Positions 35,756 to 48,641 are shown, numbered from the whole stretch's first letter. The stretch: 59,765 nt of DNA, filler included, from Moniliella sp. 'wahieum' (GCA_003971905.1; 2 parts of 2 records of this genome joined end to end with filler, not necessarily neighbours in it), one strand, 5' to 3'. The notes: generated by a model from the letters alone, not told the origin. Numbers and translations are program-made.

Positions 35756-38700
35756 ATGGCGTCGGTATCTGCCCCCCCTCCCGGGCCCGCCCTGCCCGGC
35801 CTGAGGCCTCCGTCGCTAATGCCTTCATCGATCATCTTGTCCACCTCACCACAGCCCTCTCTCCTCGCTTGTCTTCTATATCGAAGGCTGCAGACACCGA
35901 CAACGCTCTGCCCCACCCTTCCGTCTCCCTCTACCATACCCCTCTCCCGAGCTGCCTCCCAAGCTCGATGAACTGCCACCGCCCTTTGTCACCTTCCATT
36001 CCACTGACGATGCTCGCATCCCTCTAATTGAGAGTGCCCTGCGTGATCTCTACCAGCGCCTAATGGTTCTCGAGGGAGATCAGGCTTCGCACCCCTCATC
36101 TCAAGCTTACACGTCCCGCAGTGCTGGACCATCGACGCTCCCCCCGTCCTCACCTTCCACCACCCCCGCCCATGTCTTTCAGATCTTCCACCTTGGCGGC
36201 CGCTACACCGTCCGCTGCCGTGACAGCACTCACCCGATGTCGCCGAACGCCGCCACGCGCTGCAAGTCCTGTGGTCGTCGCATGTCGACTGTGGTGCCCT
36301 ATACGGTTCGCGCGCCCCTCCCCAGAGCGAGGAGTTCCCTCTTTCTTACCCTCTCGGAATGGGCCCGGATGGGACCCCAGTTTTGTTAGCTGGTGGGGCA
36401 CGGCGACGCAAGAAGCGCACTCGTTCTAGCGCCACCCATGATTGCGACCCACAGGCTGATCCCAGCGTCAGCGGCGCGGGAGATGATGATGGTTCACATG
36501 AATATGAGTGGGAGTATGGTCAACGCCGCCCCTCCTCATCTCACTCGAATAACCAATCCCAATCGTCTGCGATGCGAGAAAACGGCTGTCCAATACTTGG
36601 TCGGGGGCGGTTCCTCCGCGCTCAATCCGAGTGTCTCTGGCCTGCGTACGGCTACTCCAAGTTCGGTACGGACTGGAGGCGATATACCCGATGAGCTGTC
36701 TGAGACAGGTTCCCGCTCTTCCCTTGCCAGCTCAGATGACGACAGTGATCTCGTTGCTGATCCTATCGAGGCTTTTGGTGCGTTTGAGCGCTATTCGGAC
36801 GAGTCAGGGTTGTCTGCCCAGGAGGAGCTGCGGCTCTCAAAGCTCAAGTGCAGGACATTGCACGTGTGTGCAAGGTGCGTTGCTGTAAACCCCCAAATTG
36901 AGACGAGTTACTGACTCTGTGATTCAATAGGCTGTTGCATTTGGTGACCTATCGCAGCACATTACCATCCCGGTTCAAGGACATGTGATGGTCGAGCTCA
37001 AAGACATCATCAATCAGATGGTCGACACGCTCTCTGAATTTACCACCGATGTTATCCGTGTCTCGCTGAGGTCGGTACCGAGGGCAAACTTGGTGGGCAA
37101 GTTCAGACCCAGGGGGTGCAGGCCGTTGGAAAGAACTCAAGGAGGTGGTAAACAAGTTAGCCATGAACCTCACCGAACAAGTACGAGGTGTCGCCACTGT
37201 CACCAAGGCTGTCGCTCGAGGCGACTTGTCGGAGAAGATTCACGTCGAGGCGATGGAGAGATCCTCGAGTTAAAGGTAACAATAACGTTATGGTCGAGCA
37301 ATTACGCCATTTTGCCAACGAGGTTACCCGTGTTTCGCGCGAGTTGGGGTGCGGGGTCAGCTGGGTGGACAAGGTTGTTCCAGGCGTGAAGGGTGTATGG
37401 AAGAGTTTGACCATCAACGTGAACCGGATGTGCTACAACTTGACTGAGCAAGTGCGTTCAATTGGTATGGTCACCACTGCCGTCGCTAATGGCGACCTGA
37501 CCCGTATCATCGACATCGAAGCGGAGGGAGAGATGTTGACGCTGAAGGAGACCGTCAACTCTATGGTGGCTCAGCTGCGAGTCTTGCTTCGGAGGTGGTG
37601 CGCATGTCGATGGAAGGGGACGTATGGAAAACTCGGGGGGCAAGCCATGTGCCGAATGCAGAGGGAACATGGAAAGATCTGACCCAAGTGTCAACAAGAT
37701 GGCTGATAACTTGACGTCTCAAGTGCGAGAGATCGCGCGTGTCACCAAGTGTGTCGCCGAAGGTGTTTTGACCGAGTACATCAACGTTGACGCCAAAGGT
37801 GAAATCCTTGACCTCAAACTTACGGTCAACAATATGGTGCGCCAGCTGAACACTTTGTCGGACGAGATTATCCGCGTCTCGGTCGAGGTGGTACAGAAGG
37901 TCAGCTCGGTGGCCAAGCCCACATCATGGGCGCTAAAGGCCAATGGCAAGTCCTATCCGATGCTGTCAACGTAATGGCATTCAACCTTACGACGCAGGTG
38001 CGGTCCATTGCGGAAGTCACTACAGCTGTTGCCCGGGGTGACCTGAGCAAGACCATCTCGGTCGACGTGCGCGGGGAGATCCGCGATCTTAAACTCACTG
38101 TCAACGCCATGGTCAAATTCTTACGCACCTTCTCTACCGAAGTGATTCGGGTCGCCCGGGAGGTGGGCACGAGGGCCGTTTAGGTGGCTATGCTACAGTT
38201 TCGGGCGTGGGCGGAACATGGAAGGACCTGACCGAGTCAGTCAACACGATGGCAGGCAATTTGACCCTGCAAGTACGACCATTGCCCATGCTACTACAGC
38301 TGTGGCTCGCGGCGACCTTTCACAGAAGGTCACCCTCGGTGTCAGGAGAGATGTTGGATTTGGTTAACACAATCAACAACATGATCGACCAATTGTCCTT
38401 CTTTGCATCAGAGGTCACCCGTGTCGCACGCGAGGTGGGCACCGAGGGACGGCTGGGTGGACGCGCACAAAAGAAGGACGCCAAGGGCAAGTGGGCAGAG
38501 ATTACAGACAATGTTAACCAGATGGCTTCCAACTTGACGTCTCAAGTGCGTGCGTTTGCCCAAATCACAGCCGCTGCGACCGATGGAGACTTCTCTCGCT
38601 TCGTCACTGTCGAGGCGTCCGGGGAGATGGATTCGCTCAAGACTAAAATCAACCAATGGTGTTTGGTCTTCGCGACTCCATTCAAAAGAACACGGCGGCC

Positions 38701-41003
38701 AGGGAGGCGGCTGAATTGGCCAATCGATCCAAGTCAGAATTCCTTGCCAACATGTCACACGAGATCCGCACCCCGATGAACGGCATCATTGGCATGACGG
38801 CTTTAACCCTTGAAACGGAGCTGACTCGAAGTCAGAGGGAAAACTTGCTGACCGTGTCAAGTTTGGCAGGCAACCTGCTGGCCATCATTGATGACATTCT
38901 CGACATCTCTAAGATCGAAGCGGGCCGAATGACTGTAGAAGAGGTCCCATTCTCGTTACGTGGAATCGTTTTCACCATCCTCAAGACGTTGTCGGTTCGT
39001 GCGACTCAGAAGAAGCTCAATCTACTGTACGAGGTGAACCCAGATTGCCCTGATGCACTCATCGGGGATGCACTCCGTCTCAAACAGATTATCACCAACT
39101 TGATTGGCAATGCCGTGAAGTTCACCGAAGCGGGGGGGCACGTTCGCTCAAGTGTCGACTGGCGGAAGTGCTGAACGAGAACGAGCTTAAGCTCGAGTTC
39201 TGCGCCTCCGACTCGGGGATTGGCATTAAAGCAGAGAAGCTCGACTTGATCTTTGACACATTTTGTCAAGCAGACGGCTCTACAACGCGCAAGTATGGTG
39301 GCACTGGGCTGGGCCTAAGTATTTCCCGCCGGCTTGCCAACCTATGGGCGGGTGGTGATTTGTGGGTCGAGTCCCAATATGGCCATGGCTCAGACTTCTA
39401 CTTCACCATGGTGGTTAAGCTGGACCAACAACTGCTCAACCCGGCCGTGCTGGCGGAAAAGGTTAAGCCTTACCGTGGGCGGCACGTCCTTTTCCTCGAT
39501 ACGCTGCACGATACAACTGGAATCCACTCTATGCTGACCGACTTGGGCTTTAAAGCCACTATATGCCACTCGATCGAAGACGCACGCACACTGGTGCACG
39601 CGGGACCCTGGCCTCGTCGTCGCATCAGCATGGTGGGGGGGTCCGGTTCGGCCGCCCGATCAGGTCTCGCAAGGATTCGGACCCAATCGAGGGAAGGAGG
39701 GTTTTCCAACGGCAGGTACCCAGCTCGATATGATTCTCAATTGCCCTACTCGTCTACCCTGGATTGTCCTCCCGGATACGACGTTTCGGACTATGGCTCG
39801 ATGGACCCGTGGCAGGTGTCCGGCGCTCGAGCCGCGGAGCAACCTCGTATCTTAGCCTCCTCGCCTACTTCGGCGTCGCCCGTTACCCCTGTATCTCCCA
39901 CAACCCCAGCACGCTCAACCGATCAACGGAGGGAACTCCCTCCACTGCTGTTCGGCACATCGCAGGACTTCAAGCCGCAACAATACGGATGACTACCCCG
40001 CATCGAGGCCATCTTAGTTGACTCTGTCGCGGCGGTGGTGGAAGAGTTGAGATCGGTGGAGCACTTGCGCTACATCTCCGTCAACCTCATCATTCCTCAA
40101 GGAGAGGAGCTCAACATGACCTATGCTCTTGATCATGGGATTGTCTCGTGCACACCAAACCAATGGCACCTGTCGATCTGTATAACGCGTTGCTCCCCTC
40201 ACTCGAATCGTCCACCATGGCGCCCGGAGAAGGAGAGTCAGAGGCAACATACGACATTTTGCTTGCCGAGGACAACGAAGTCAACCAGAAACTGGCGTGC
40301 AAGATGCTGGAGAATAAGGGTCATCGATCGAGGTAGTATCCAACGGTGCTGAGGCTGTTCTTGCCGTCAAGGGGCCAAGCCGTTTGATGTGATCTTGATG
40401 GACGTTTCGATGCCAGTGATGGGGGGCATTGATGCCACTGTTGCAATCCGCGCATGGGAAGCCGAGATGGACCGAGAGCCAGTACCCATTGTGGCTCTCA
40501 CAGCTCATGCCATGTTGGGTGACAAAGGTAGGTGCCTACTCGCTCATTTTCATGATTATGTACTAACAATGCGTTATGCTTCAGAAAAATGCCTCGAAGC
40601 CGGCATGAATGGCTACGTTTCCAAGCCAATTCGTCGCAACGAGTTGATGAGCACCCTGCGCAATCTGTTGGCTAACAAGCAGACGGCCGCTTCCCGAGCC
40701 GAGAAGGCTCGCGGGAGAGTTGGAGGGGGATCGGCTCGCTCTGTCTCGGCAGCGCTATCACAAGCTTTATCGTCCCAAGCGTTTCAGAAGCTGTCGCGAT
40801 CGCCGCCACCACATCCACCTCTTCCAATCCGTCCGTCTTGTAATAAACGCTTCAGTCATTGGTTACTAGACGTTCAAGCTCAACCCATAACCACACCGCA
40901 TGTCCTTTCGGACGCAAAGGAGAGAATTGGTGTGGGCCCCTGCCAACATGGCTCTCAGCTTTCTTCGTCTTATCATCATTGTCATCGATTCCACCCTCGC
41001 TAG
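35756..41003 (+). CDS. NIK1: group III hybrid histidine kinase (Nik1/Os-1/Tco1-like): HAMP repeats, HisKA, HATPase, receiver
   Basis: About seven GDL/GDF...GE..LK.T(V/I)N.M HAMP units (36945-38670); H-box [28 protein letters not shown] box [38 protein letters not shown]; receiver [43 protein letters not shown]. Both ends approximate. Confidence 0.95.
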
Positions 41004-42725
41004 CCACTGTCGCAGGGTTGCTACCCCGTCTGCCATCCTGCTTACCTTGTCTAAGATTTTAGACCTTTACGGCCACCGCACGCGGTGCATATGTTCAAAA
41101 CATTCCCATCACAGTTGCACTGTACTGTACCCCTGATGAAGGGACGGGTGTACTAATTATTCCTCATCTTGTCTCTACCTCCTGTCCTCGGTCCAAACTT
41201 ACGTGTGTATGTCGGTCTCCGTCCTGGCTGCTCTACCCCTATCCGCGTTTCCTCTGCCTCTGTATCTTTTCGCCTGCTATGATCGCTTGGACATCATCGA
41301 TCATCGTGCTACGGGCTGATGGTTGATAACCGTACCTGTACTCTACCCGCTTTCGACACTGTCATTTTTTGATCCCAAAGGCTGTGGCAAGTGGCAAGGA
41401 TTGAACTTTGACTACTGCGCGGCGCTGTACGTCGTTTCCTGGTAGTCTCATCAGTCCCACAACTGTCCTCAAGCTTTGCGGCCCCTCACGCTGGGCCTTA
41501 GGGGTCCGACGTCTTGGTAATGACCAGCTGAATATGACCCGTTATAGGTGTTTGCATTACGAGGAAGTGCTATTTGAGTTTTTTTAGAGTCAAGGTTCGC
41601 ACTCTCCATGGTGATGAACAAGGGTGAGAGAATTAGTTTGGTGGGGAGGAATTACAAAACACCATCTTCATCTCTTTCTTCGATGACGCTGCGAATATAA
41701 CAGAGAGAAGAGAGTCTCATAAGCAAGCGCCGGCGCCCTCCATAATACGAGTCTCAACACAGGCATACTTAGTACGGTGCGACTGCCTAGCAATGGCATC
41801 GCATTCTACTCAGTGGTATACCTCTCTCTGCCTGTCTTTCCCCACATTCTGTCGGCCCTACAAGGACTGCTCCGTCTCAAAAAACCACCATCTCATTGTT
41901 CCTTTTTTCTCATGTTGTAGTGGAAGCAGCACCAAGCCTCATCTTCCCACCCACCCACATCCTCGCGGCGGGCCCATGCCCAGACGGAAAGCATGGCATA
42001 GCATTTCCTTTCAAACTGGCTTACGCGCGTTGTGCTGCCGCTTCCCGCTTCAGCGCATGTACTAGGCCAACACCGCCTTGAGGCAGCAACGCTCGGTTCA
42101 TGCCTCGCCAACAAGGTCTCCATCTCACGCTCTTCCCACCGCCCGCCCGAGTGACCCCCTGAGGAGGGGGGAGGCCGTCTTTGAAGATGTTTACAATCTC
42201 AGCTCGACGACCTTCATCCTGCGTCCACGCCTCTTCTCCACAGGAGTCTAGTGGGCTGTTCGACCACGGCACTTCTGCCGCGCCCGTTCTTCATTGCCTC
42301 GTCCGCAACCGGTCGGGGGGGTTGTTGGGCAATGCCCCAATCACGCCATCCTGCGTAACATAATCACCCCTCTTATCCGCCCGGACGCCCTCTGCTCCGC
42401 GGTACGCTCGGCTATTAAGGCCCTACACTTCTCATAGCCTCCTGTACCTCTCCTCTGGCCTCAGAACCACATCCTCCATTCTCCGATCTTCAGACGCCGT
42501 ACGCCCGACCGCTCTCCGGACCCTTTCTCGAACGCATATCGTGACGCGCGTGACGCGAAGGAAGTTGGAACTGACGCGTGAAGACGACGGAATGCCATTG
42601 TTCTGTGCGACGCTGGGAGCAACTTAATAGCGCTGAGCAGAGGCAGGAGCCACGACGGGCTGCCTATGAGAGACTGTAGGGTGCAGTGGCGCATCGGCCT
42701 GCATCGCTGCTTCGTCGGGCGGCGG

Positions 42726-43165
42726 GTTTAACGTTTAACGTTTAGCGTTTAACGCGACGTTTAAACGCCTAAGATGGACAATTGTAGGACGGCCGTGCAC
42801 CATCGACCATGCATCATGCATCATGCATGATGGTAGCAGCCCGGGACGCGTGACGTGTGACGAATGACGCGTTGCATGACGCATGTCACATGTCACAATC
42901 ATACACTTGTCACACTTGTCACACTTGTCACACTTGCCTACGGGTGCGGTCCATGGCCTTGAATGGCCTGAGAGACGCAGGACTTATTGGGTCGATCATC
43001 TCGATCATCATGACATCATCGACATCATCGCTGGGCCGAGGGCGCTGAGCGCGCTGAGCGGTTGAGCCGTCGAGAGTCGAGAACGCAAAAGCTGAGGCAC
43101 CGAGTCACCGGTCATGCATCATGCACCTCATGCTTCTCGGCTGACCGGTGACCGGTGACACCTCA
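42726..43165. repeat. dense cluster of nnTNAnn 7-bp duplication arrays
   Basis: (GTTTAAC)n at 42726, (CATCATG)2-CATGATG at 42812, TCA-CATG-TCA, GATCATC-TC-GATCATC at 42994, CATCATC-GA-CATCATC at 43014, TGA-CCGG-TGA-CCGG-TGA at 43142. Confidence 0.85.
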
Positions 43166-43217
43166 GTTCGGTTCGCAAGTCGTCGGGATTCTCCCGCATC
43201 GTCGATCTCAAGGAACG

Positions 43218-43227
43218 CATATAAAAC
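43218..43227 (+). promoter_or_regulatory. TATA box upstream of the peroxiredoxin
   Basis: CATATAAAA about 100 bp before ATG 43323, followed by a pyrimidine-rich 5' UTR. Confidence 0.5.
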
Positions 43228-43322
43228 CGTTGTCGTCCGTCTGTCGGCCCCCGCTGCTTGCACCCCCCCTCCCTCCCGTCCCAAGCACCGACCGCTCGCT
43301 TGTGCTTTATCCCTCATCCACC

Positions 43323-44145
43323 ATGCATCAACTTCTGCCCAAGCCCCAAGAAGGGTCAGATCTTCAAAAACAGGCAACATGCGCTTGAAGGAGAACCCCA
43401 GAAGTTGCCACCATCAATCTTGAGGGTCTCCCTGGCAAAGTGCTTGTCCTAGGTGTTCCCGGCGCATTCACTCCTCCCTGTTCAGAGGAGGTCCACAACT
43501 TCATTGCCCGCAAGGCTGAATTTGCCTCCGCTGGTATCACAGGCATTTGTGAGTCTCCTGTTGCGAATTATTCGTTCGCTCACTTCAGGTGTGTGCTCCG
43601 TTAATCGGAACGGGCTGACTTTCGCCTTCCCAATTATACCAGACGTGGTATCTGTAAACGATGCCTTCATTATGAGCGCCTGGAAGAAGGCTCTTTGCCG
43701 CGATCGAAGCGACCAGTAGTAGCCCCTCCTCGGCGGAAGGGGACGAATCATAACTGGTGGCAGCCTTCCCGCCTTCCATTTCCTCGCTGATGACACTGGC
43801 AAGTTCACCAGCGAGATTGGGATGGAGTTCAACGCCGAGAAGTTGCTGGGCAGCAAACGCAGCAAGCGCTACGTTCTCTTCCTCGAAGATGGGCTCGTGC
43901 GTGAGATCTTTGTTGAGAACGACCCGACTATTGTGGCTGTCACCGCAGCGGACAACGTTCTCACTGCCGTGATGCAGGCACCTGCGATGCCTCAACACAC
44001 GTACCACACGGGCCTCGAAAGTAGAGGTCCCTCGCTTGTGTATGAGCGCAACACAGCGATTGTGCTATATGCCGTCCTCACGGGGTCACCCCTAACCTTC
44101 CTGTGTTCCGCCTTTTCGCTACTGGACTCTTCAGACTGCCTATGA
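43323..44145 (+). CDS. peroxiredoxin, Prx5/Ahp1/Pmp20 (Redoxin) family; one intron near 43549-43641; conserved part ends near 43975
   Basis: VLVLGVPGAFTPPCS peroxidatic motif, VVSVNDAFIMSAW, FLADDTGKFT, LLGSKRSKRYVLFLEDG.V...VENDP...TAADNVL. Confidence 0.92.
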
Positions 44146-44709
44146 TGTGAGGTTGCTGCGCGGGGGATCAGAAAAGCAGACAAAGCCTAGAACTGTCGGG
44201 GGCAGTGGACCATATAGTAGGACGCCTACACATTAACCCACCCACATTGTGGCATCTTTTGACACTCACAACTGCTTGATGTGGGTTTTGTTGAAGAAAA
44301 TGTCAAATAAGTGCACTGGTCTTTCATCGGCAGCGTGAAAAATGTGGGCTCGCTGGTGCAGATGGGAGACGGAGACATCAGTAAAGTCTCTCTGCTGGGC
44401 TCTCTTGCCCAGGGAAAGAGTGTGTGATGAGCACGCAACTGAGAGTCCATATTAACTGATGTTTGGTGTGCAGTATATATGAGACGTTCTCACAGATGCT
44501 GATGTGTGTGAAGACACACCGCCGTATACAAATAGGGGTGCGGTGAATAGTATACGTCTGGGTCTGATAGGCGGCTTAAGCTCCAAGCCCCACAGCGTCA
44601 AGCGCCCACACATGCTGCGGCGCATGCAGATGGTCCCGAAAGTCGGAAGGGAAAACAACAGGGAAACTACCTGTCTAGCAGCTCTTCTATTCCAGTGGAG
44701 AGGGGGGGG

Positions 44710-45554
44710 TGTTACGGGGCGCTCCGGTTATCTCCGGTCGCTGAGCCCCGCATGTCGTAGACATCTCAGCCCTACACGCGTCAGCCGGTTAGACTAGCGA
44801 GAGAGAGCCAGTCGACACCTTATCCTTGCTGCGGATATCATCCGCAGCCCGCCATGGTCGCATGGCTTATCGGTACGATGCTTTGTGCCCATTGCGTCCA
44901 GTCTTGTCAGAACCCTTCCTGCTGCGCCCGACTGAGCAGCGTCAGCGCCTTGGAGAGTAAGGGCTGTGCATTAGTCTTTACCTTTCTGGGAAGTGCCCCG
45001 CATTCTGTCTATACCTGTCATGAGGCACTTGAGGCCTGGTTCCTTCTGCTGTATATAAGCAGCCATGTCTAAGGCTTGCTAGCTGTGGTCCTTGTCGACA
45101 TCCTGTCTATTACCGTTGGTCCCCCGACTACCAATTCCTCTCTCCCCTTCCCACCTTCTACCACCCTTACGCTTACGAATTTACGACTTACGTCGAGTAC
45201 ACTGCAAGCCGCGGTTACTCCATCAGTAGCGCTTGCTCTTCTTTAGGACTCTGTCTGTTCCCGCCAGCTACAGCGTACCGAGTGTGGTAACGCGGGGAGG
45301 AACGGAGTAACGCCGGAGCTCCGGACCCCTTCAGCTGGTCTAACGACCTACGTACGCGGCTCCTACCTCGGAGGGTCTGGACGGCGGCCTTTGCATGCAG
45401 GCAGCCACCCAAACTAGAGGGTCTCTCCCTAGCCTCTACACCCGCTCGGTTCAACCAGGATCTGGAGCAGGACCACGTACGAGCCACCGATTGATCTGTC
45501 CAAGGGTTAAACTACAGAGGGGTTTTCCAACCTCGGGACCCCCCCCCCATGACG
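44710..45554 (+). mobile_element. probable solo LTR (about 845 bp) of a related family
   Basis: TGTTACGGGG...CCCCATGAC(G) imperfect inverted termini; GGGGG on both sides (possible 5-bp TSD); internal TATATAAG at 45052; subterminal caagggtt at a similar offset as in the other LTRs; same length as copy 1. Confidence 0.5.
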
Positions 45555-45672
45555 GGGGGTAGCAAAGGCGGAGAGCCGGAACCGGAGCAGTTGCACCCAA
45601 CCCCATATAGTAAACGGTAACCGGTGAACGGGTTTATCCCTTCTCCTGCTGAGAGACTGAATTACGACGACC

Positions 45673-46195
45673 TGTCACAGGGGGGACCTGCCAGGGGCTC
45701 ACCCAGGTTGGTGGGGTACAATTCCTTAGATGAAGGACGACTCAGTCACGGTACTTTCGGGCTTGGGCTATTTGGTGGATCCGAGCCGAGGAGAAGCCTT
45801 TGGGCATGAAGCCGAGGCGGCCGCACCCTTGGCAAGGCTGCGTATGCGCCGGCTTGGGGTAGTAACGTGTCTGAGGTCTCCGGGGCTTAGGGACGGGTAG
45901 ATGCAGTGGAGGGAAAACACTGCCAGAGCTGAGGCAGGGTAGTGGCTGTGGAAGAAACCCACGCGATATGTTTCTGTGGTACGCGGAACCGAGGCCGCTG
46001 AAGGAAGGCTCGCGCGACTGAGCGGATGGAAAGCTGGATGGAGGACGAGGGTGGATGGTGAAGTGATGAGGCAGCTAAGTGGAGCCGAGAGGTTGCCTGT
46101 ATTACTCAATCAATTGGCTGGAAACAGTCAGGAGTTGGCCAAGAAAGGTGGGAAGGGACGAGAATGGAAGGTGTTATAAAGGATTCCCACTGATC
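45673..46195 (-). mobile_element. truncated LTR, reverse-orientation copy of the 13304-14148 family
   Basis: Reverse complement reads cccgtccctaagccccggagacctcagacacgttactac...cgcagccttgcca...taaggaattgtacccc...tgtgaca and tttccagccaattgat, matching 13684-14148. Confidence 0.85.
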
Positions 46196-46767
46196 GAGGA
46201 TGCTGGTTGGTTGACCCCTTTTTGGTAAAAACCCCCTCCTATCTAAGCCCCATCGCACACTGGCATAGATGCTAACAGAGCGAAGCAGACGAAGCTGCTA
46301 GAGTGCGACTTGGGAGCACTCGCGATCCTATGGATCAGCTGCAAAGCAGCCGTCAGACAAGGCGCGAAGACAAAGTAGTGATGGGCCTCAAATCTTAAGC
46401 AACGTCTGAAGGGAAGAGATAGGAAACAGAGAAGGGAGCCTGAGCGAGCACAGAGGATGAGCACTCTCTCCCTGATGAGCGGGCGCCATCAATCAACGTT
46501 CGATCAAGTTGTGGGCGGCGCACAGGAACCCTAGCACTACCCCTCGCAACGTAGTCACCGATCGAATCTCAACAGAAAGTTAACGTGTGACATGTGACGC
46601 GTGACGCGTGACGACTGAATTCACACTTTGAGCACGGTCGATTCAATATTCAGGTAGGATTCAGATATTGAGGCTTGGTCAGGCTCCTGGCTCAGCCAGC
46701 TTGACTGAGTAATAGACTGAACTGGCCAGCAGATCCACCAGGCGACCTCTGGTTGCAGCCAGACACC

Positions 46768-47672
46768 ATGCCTACCACCAGCGAGGGCATTGTTGTTTGC
46801 GGCGGCGAAATTACGTCCAAATCCCAGTTGCCTCCGACAATAAGCTGCGCCCCACTTACGAGGATATCCACCAACTCATTGGCAATGCTGCGTCGAGGAT
46901 CAAGGAAGATTTTGGCTTCCCCGACATCCTCATCATGATTGCTGGTGGTGGCCTGATCCCCGGCCGTATCATGCGCCTCCTTCTCAAGCGTCCCGTCCCA
47001 GGCAAGCCGGGCAAACTGCGTAATATTCCTACGCAAGCTATTGGCTTGTCCCTGTATGAGGAAGTCGCTGGTTCCAACGAGGGCCAATTGGGCCGTGAGG
47101 TGGTGCGTACCCAATGGCTTGAACGAGAAGACCGTTTTAGGCCACAGGGGTGGCGCGGGACTCCCAAGCTCGAGGAGGGCAAAGACGCTGGGGGCCTGGT
47201 TGGAAAACGCATCCTCGTTGTCGACGAGCTTGACGACAGCCGGACGACTCTGCAATATGCTTACCAAGAGCTGCGCAAGGACGGCGCGCTGCTCTGGATA
47301 CCTGACTCCCGAAGAGCGCGCCTCTCTCCCTCCTACTCAGTTTGCCCTGTTTGTCGCCACAACAAGCGCAACAACAAGAAGGGAAGCCTTCCCATTCTTC
47401 ACCCGGCTCCAACCCACCCCGCTCCCGTTGACGGTCTGATAGAGGGTGTCCGCTATTATGCTGGTGCCGAGACGGAGAATGTTTGGATGTGCGTATCGCC
47501 GTCTGTGCATGGAATCCCTTTTCTGACCATTCTTGCTCTTCCTAGTGTCTATCCCGGGAACAGCAGGACATCATCGAACAAACCGTCTTGCTGCCAAGGC
47601 GAAGCTGATGCCGCCGCCAAGACCAAATCAGATGTTGCTGCCAGTCGTCTTGAACGGGTTCGTACGCAGATG
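46768..47672 (+). CDS. HPT1: purine phosphoribosyltransferase, yeast HPT1/XPT1 type (intron near 47489-47545)
   Basis: TYEDIHQLI, IAGGGLIPGRIMR, NIPTQAIGLSLYEE, VVRTQWL, PRPP-binding motif GKRILVVDELDDSRTTL, HNK...KKGSLP, YYAG.ETENVW. Confidence 0.9.
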
Positions 47673-47992
47673 AAGTTTATCTTCTCTTGTTCCGGCTTCT
47701 ACAGTAGGTATTTTTGCACCTATGACCCTTCGCATGCTTTCCCAGCTCTCCCTATCAATGATACATTGGTGAACTACAATTGCATCGTGACACCTTGGGG
47801 GTTGCAGTGATTCAATGCGGGGTAGTAGATAGACAAGGGGGGGCCAAGGAGGGAGGCAAAGTGAGTACACATCGGAAATCACAACGCTGGATTGGGTGCC
47901 AAAGGATACTTCACTGGTGCCCAACAATACAACAAGTCCAGCACCTGTCGATTAGGTCCCATGAGTACAAAGCATGCCCGAGGCTACGATGC

Positions 47993-48641
47993 CTACACGG
48001 GGTAGCTGGTGACGAAGCCCTTGCCCTTGTAGTCTTCGGCCGAGACACCAGTGATAGGGTCGTTTTTTCGTACCGTGCCTTGGCATTCATGGCCTGCTGC
48101 CACTCGGTGTTCCATGTTTATGGGGCGGTCCTTGGCACCTAGTGGACGCGGCAACAAGTGTTAGCAACACGCGCGGGGTAAACTTGAGGAATGCATACAT
48201 ACCACCCAAATGTCGGATCCCGGTGGTCAGCAGCACGCCCAGTGCGCAAGACACAACCACTCCCAAAAATACCTTGGCCTGGGTATGGGGGGCTCAGGCT
48301 TACGGGGCCATAGGGCCATAGGAAATGTAGTAGGCGGCGCGCTTCTCGTTGGCAGTGAGATCATTCCAGTCCTTCCTCATAATGTCCTCGAGCATAACCC
48401 AGGTGCCAATCTGCTCCGGCTTGCTCAGGTACTTCCACTTGCCCTCAATGTCGGGAATGTTGTGGGAAAGGTCAATTTTGCCAGCCTTAACCAGGGTGGT
48501 GGCCTGGTGCCAGTCGTCCTCGTTCCAGCGCTCGGCAGCCGAAACCATGCCGCGGCGGGCAATGGTGGGAGAGGCCAGGCGGAGGGAAGACGCGGCCCGT
48601 ACGGATGGGCGCACGGCAGCGGCTGAGCGGAGGGCGAGCAT
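47993..48641 (-). CDS. COX5: cytochrome c oxidase subunit V (COX4 family), one intron near 48140-48200
   Basis: Arg/Ala/Ser-rich mitochondrial presequence; IEGKW...EQ; KDWNDLTANEKRAAYYISYGP; TM segment KVFLGVVVSCALGVLL; EWQQAMN; PITGVSAEDYKGKGFV. Confidence 0.95.

Noticed and set aside
41790..42500. Possible small gene between the histidine kinase and the peroxiredoxin
   Set aside because: Short ORFs on both strands with no recognisable motif; cannot be supported without homology or expression data.
42726..43165. Repeat-spacer arrays as a CRISPR-like system
   Set aside because: Units are only 7-9 bp, there are no 25-40-bp repeats or unique spacers, no cas genes, and the context is eukaryotic.
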